Positions 61,180-64,000 of a DNA stretch of 64,000 nucleotides are shown one piece after another. The position numbers were made by a program, and so were the translations under genes. The notes under the pieces are model-generated. The model was not told the origin of the DNA. It saw only the letters and a program-made list of their open reading frames with translations, and did not search any database. The DNA comes from the human T2T-CHM13v2.0 reference genome, Homo sapiens, in the NCBI RefSeq assembly GCF_009914755.1, contig NC_060931.1; one strand, given 5' to 3'. Each line of letters begins with the position of its first letter. The stretch's first letter is position 1.

Positions 61180-63170
61180 GTGAGACCTGCCTCCTTCTCA
61201 CTCCTTATAACTGGCAGGACTCATTACCCCCCATCCTAACCAATGAAGTGAGCTGGAACACTCAGTAAAGTCACACACACACTGGGTTTAGATCGCAAAG
61301 CCATCCCTGCCCACAAATCTTGCAGCCTAGACAAAACTGTAGCTCCAACAAATCTCCTGCTCTGCTGCTGTAAAGAGATAGCCCAACTCCAGCATTTAAG
61401 GCTAGAGCATATTTTATACTTGCCATTCAGTTCTGCCTGTGGTGGCCCTTCTCCAGACCCAGCACTCCAATCTTTAGCCCAAGATACTCTAATGCCCTTG
61501 GCAGTAGCTTCTTCTAGGCTTGCTGAATCCTGTACAGCTTAGTCTAAGTCACAATTGATAATGGTGCCCTCCTATTGGTCCTGGGTCTGGGAAAATGCCT
61601 GGGGTACATCCTGGTGCCTATCCTTTTAGAGTTTCCCAGCCTCTTGCCAGGTTAGCTCTAGCCCTTGGAAAGGACAAGATGCTCTCCCGTGGAATGGGGT
61701 TATACAGTTTTCCAGTGGAAAGGTGGACCACAGTGGGACACTCACTTCCCCTCTCATTTTGGGCCTTCACTCACAGACTTCAGTTAGACCATGCCGCAGA
61801 GGTTGCCTGTCCACCTTCTCTTCCCTCTGGTATCTGAAGTATTCTTTACTTTTCTGGTGAATTCCCATGTTCCTTCTTGGATAAAAGATCATGGTGCAAA
61901 TCTCTACATATTATTTTGCTTCTTTCAAGTGGGTAAGGCATGCTGGAAAAGCCTCTAATCTGCCATCTTGAAAAAAATATATCTATATATGGTTATTTTT
62001 ATATATGTTCAAAATACCTTCTGAAAGTCCCTGTGTATTCATTTATTATGTTCATTCATTTCTTTATATTCTTAAGCATATTTATAGTAGCAACTTTAAA
62101 GTTTCTGTTTGATGATTTTAACATCTGGATCATCTCAAGGTTTCTATTATTTTTTATATAAACTGTTTTTTATTTCTTTGCTTCTTTGCATTATTTTAGA
62201 TTGTATGTATTTTAGATTTTAAACGTTACACTTTTAGAGTTTAGATTGCATGATTTTTATCTACGTATTTTATGTATGTATTTTGGACTTTAAATTTTAT
62301 ATTTTATGACACTGCAGGGACTCCTGATTATGTTCTTTTTTAAAAGGATACTGAGTTTTGCTCCACTAGGCAGTTAATTTACTAGACTTTCTTTGATCTG
62401 TCAGTCTTAGATTTATGTTTTATTTAAGCAGGTTTATTTCTGTTTTGTCTTTAATCTTAGAGTTGGGTCCTATTTATTGTACTTGATCTTTATCCCTGTT
62501 TCTTATCATTTCTGGAGTCATAGTTATTGCTGGAGGGGTTCAGTGGGATCTCTTCACTCTGATTCAGCCCAACTCCAATGTATCCTGGTACTGGAAAACT
62601 GCTAGTGTTTTTCTCTTTTCATTTATCAGCCTTGTAACAACTTATTTCTATTAGGCCTTTTGCCATATTTGTCTGCATGTATACAGCATAGAGATTAGTT
62701 AAAGACTCAGGGGTAATCGCCATGAATTCTGGGACACACATCTGTGTTTCTTCCTCTTTTTCTTCCTCTTTTCTGATCCTCTGTCCTGAAAATTCCACCT
62801 CCCTTAACAGCCTTGGACCCCACTATCTGCCTTAGCTCAGGTAAACTGCTTCTCTACTTTTGTTCCATATCTATTAGCCAAGATAGGCAAAGTGTCTCCA
62901 GGAAGAGAGCCTGAGTGATTATGGTGTTTACCTCTCCTAGTCTTTTTCTGTTCTCTCAAGTTCTGCACTGCCTATCATGCAATGCCTGAAAACTGTTGCT
63001 TTATATATTTCATCAGGTTCATAGTTGTATACAATGTTTATTCAAGGAATAAATCGAATATCAGTTTTCCATCATTATTTGAAACATAAGTTAATCAGCA
63101 GATCTTTTAAGAAAAACAGGATGAAGAAAAATACAAATTCATGACACAAAAACATAGTATTATAATTAAA

Positions 63171-63470
<300 letters not shown>

Positions 63471-64000
63471 ATATATTATTAAAATAAGAAATTAGTATAT
63501 TTATATAGTCTTTCATAGGCTTTCAAAAACTAATTCAACAAATATATTTAGGTCTCTAGTGTAGCCCCTGTCTTGGAGCACTCACTAGCTTTATTTGTAT
63601 CATTTTTATTTTATAACTTCTTTCAAGAGTGTTCTCAATGCCACTCTATCCATGGAAAGATATCTGAGTCCTTGTATGCCTCAGAATATAAAGTTCTTTT
63701 TCTTCAATATTTAATGATAGTGTTCTACTACCTTATTGTCTCCAGTGGTACCATTGAGAAATTCGATGTCAGTCTGACATATTAGCTTACAAGTGATCTA
63801 CTCTTTCTTTTCATATATTTTTATAATTTGATATTGTTTTTATTATCCTTAATTCCATTGTCACTAAGACGGAAGGCTCCTGAATTTGTGTGGGGTTTGT
63901 TCTCACACTCTGGCTTGTAAGAGTCTTGTATACATAGGGGCTGCCACTTCTTGCAGATTCAATCATCATAATGTCACCAATGCTATGTACCAACGTGATT

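Overview
This is AT-rich, repeat-dense primate DNA, most likely human or great ape, since it carries AluY and L1PA2-type elements. It looks intergenic or deep-intronic. I found no intact host protein-coding exon, RNA gene or CpG island, and the long ORFs in the track are L1 ORF2 or Hsmar1 transposase relics. More than half the window is nested transposon debris: Alu, L1 of several ages, L2, MIR, MaLR/ERV LTRs, Tigger/MER and a near-complete Hsmar1 mariner. Four things stand out. (1) A young L1PA2-type insertion at 48.3-51.1 kb has both a twin-priming 5' inversion and a ~320-bp 3' transduction of foreign unique DNA, all enclosed by one target-site duplication (TSD). (2) An ancient, intronless VAPB processed pseudogene (about 35.4-37.55 kb) is missed by the ORF track and sits inside an old L1. 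(3) A second twin-primed L1 (L1PB type) with a large internal deletion lies inside a near-full-length L1MA. (4) There are convergent CTCF-like motifs, a palindromic forkhead site in an enhancer-like block, and several perfect hairpins and templated micro-duplications. Repeat subfamily names come from recalled consensus sequences and need RepeatMasker/Dfam confirmation. I see no evidence for a wholly new biological system.
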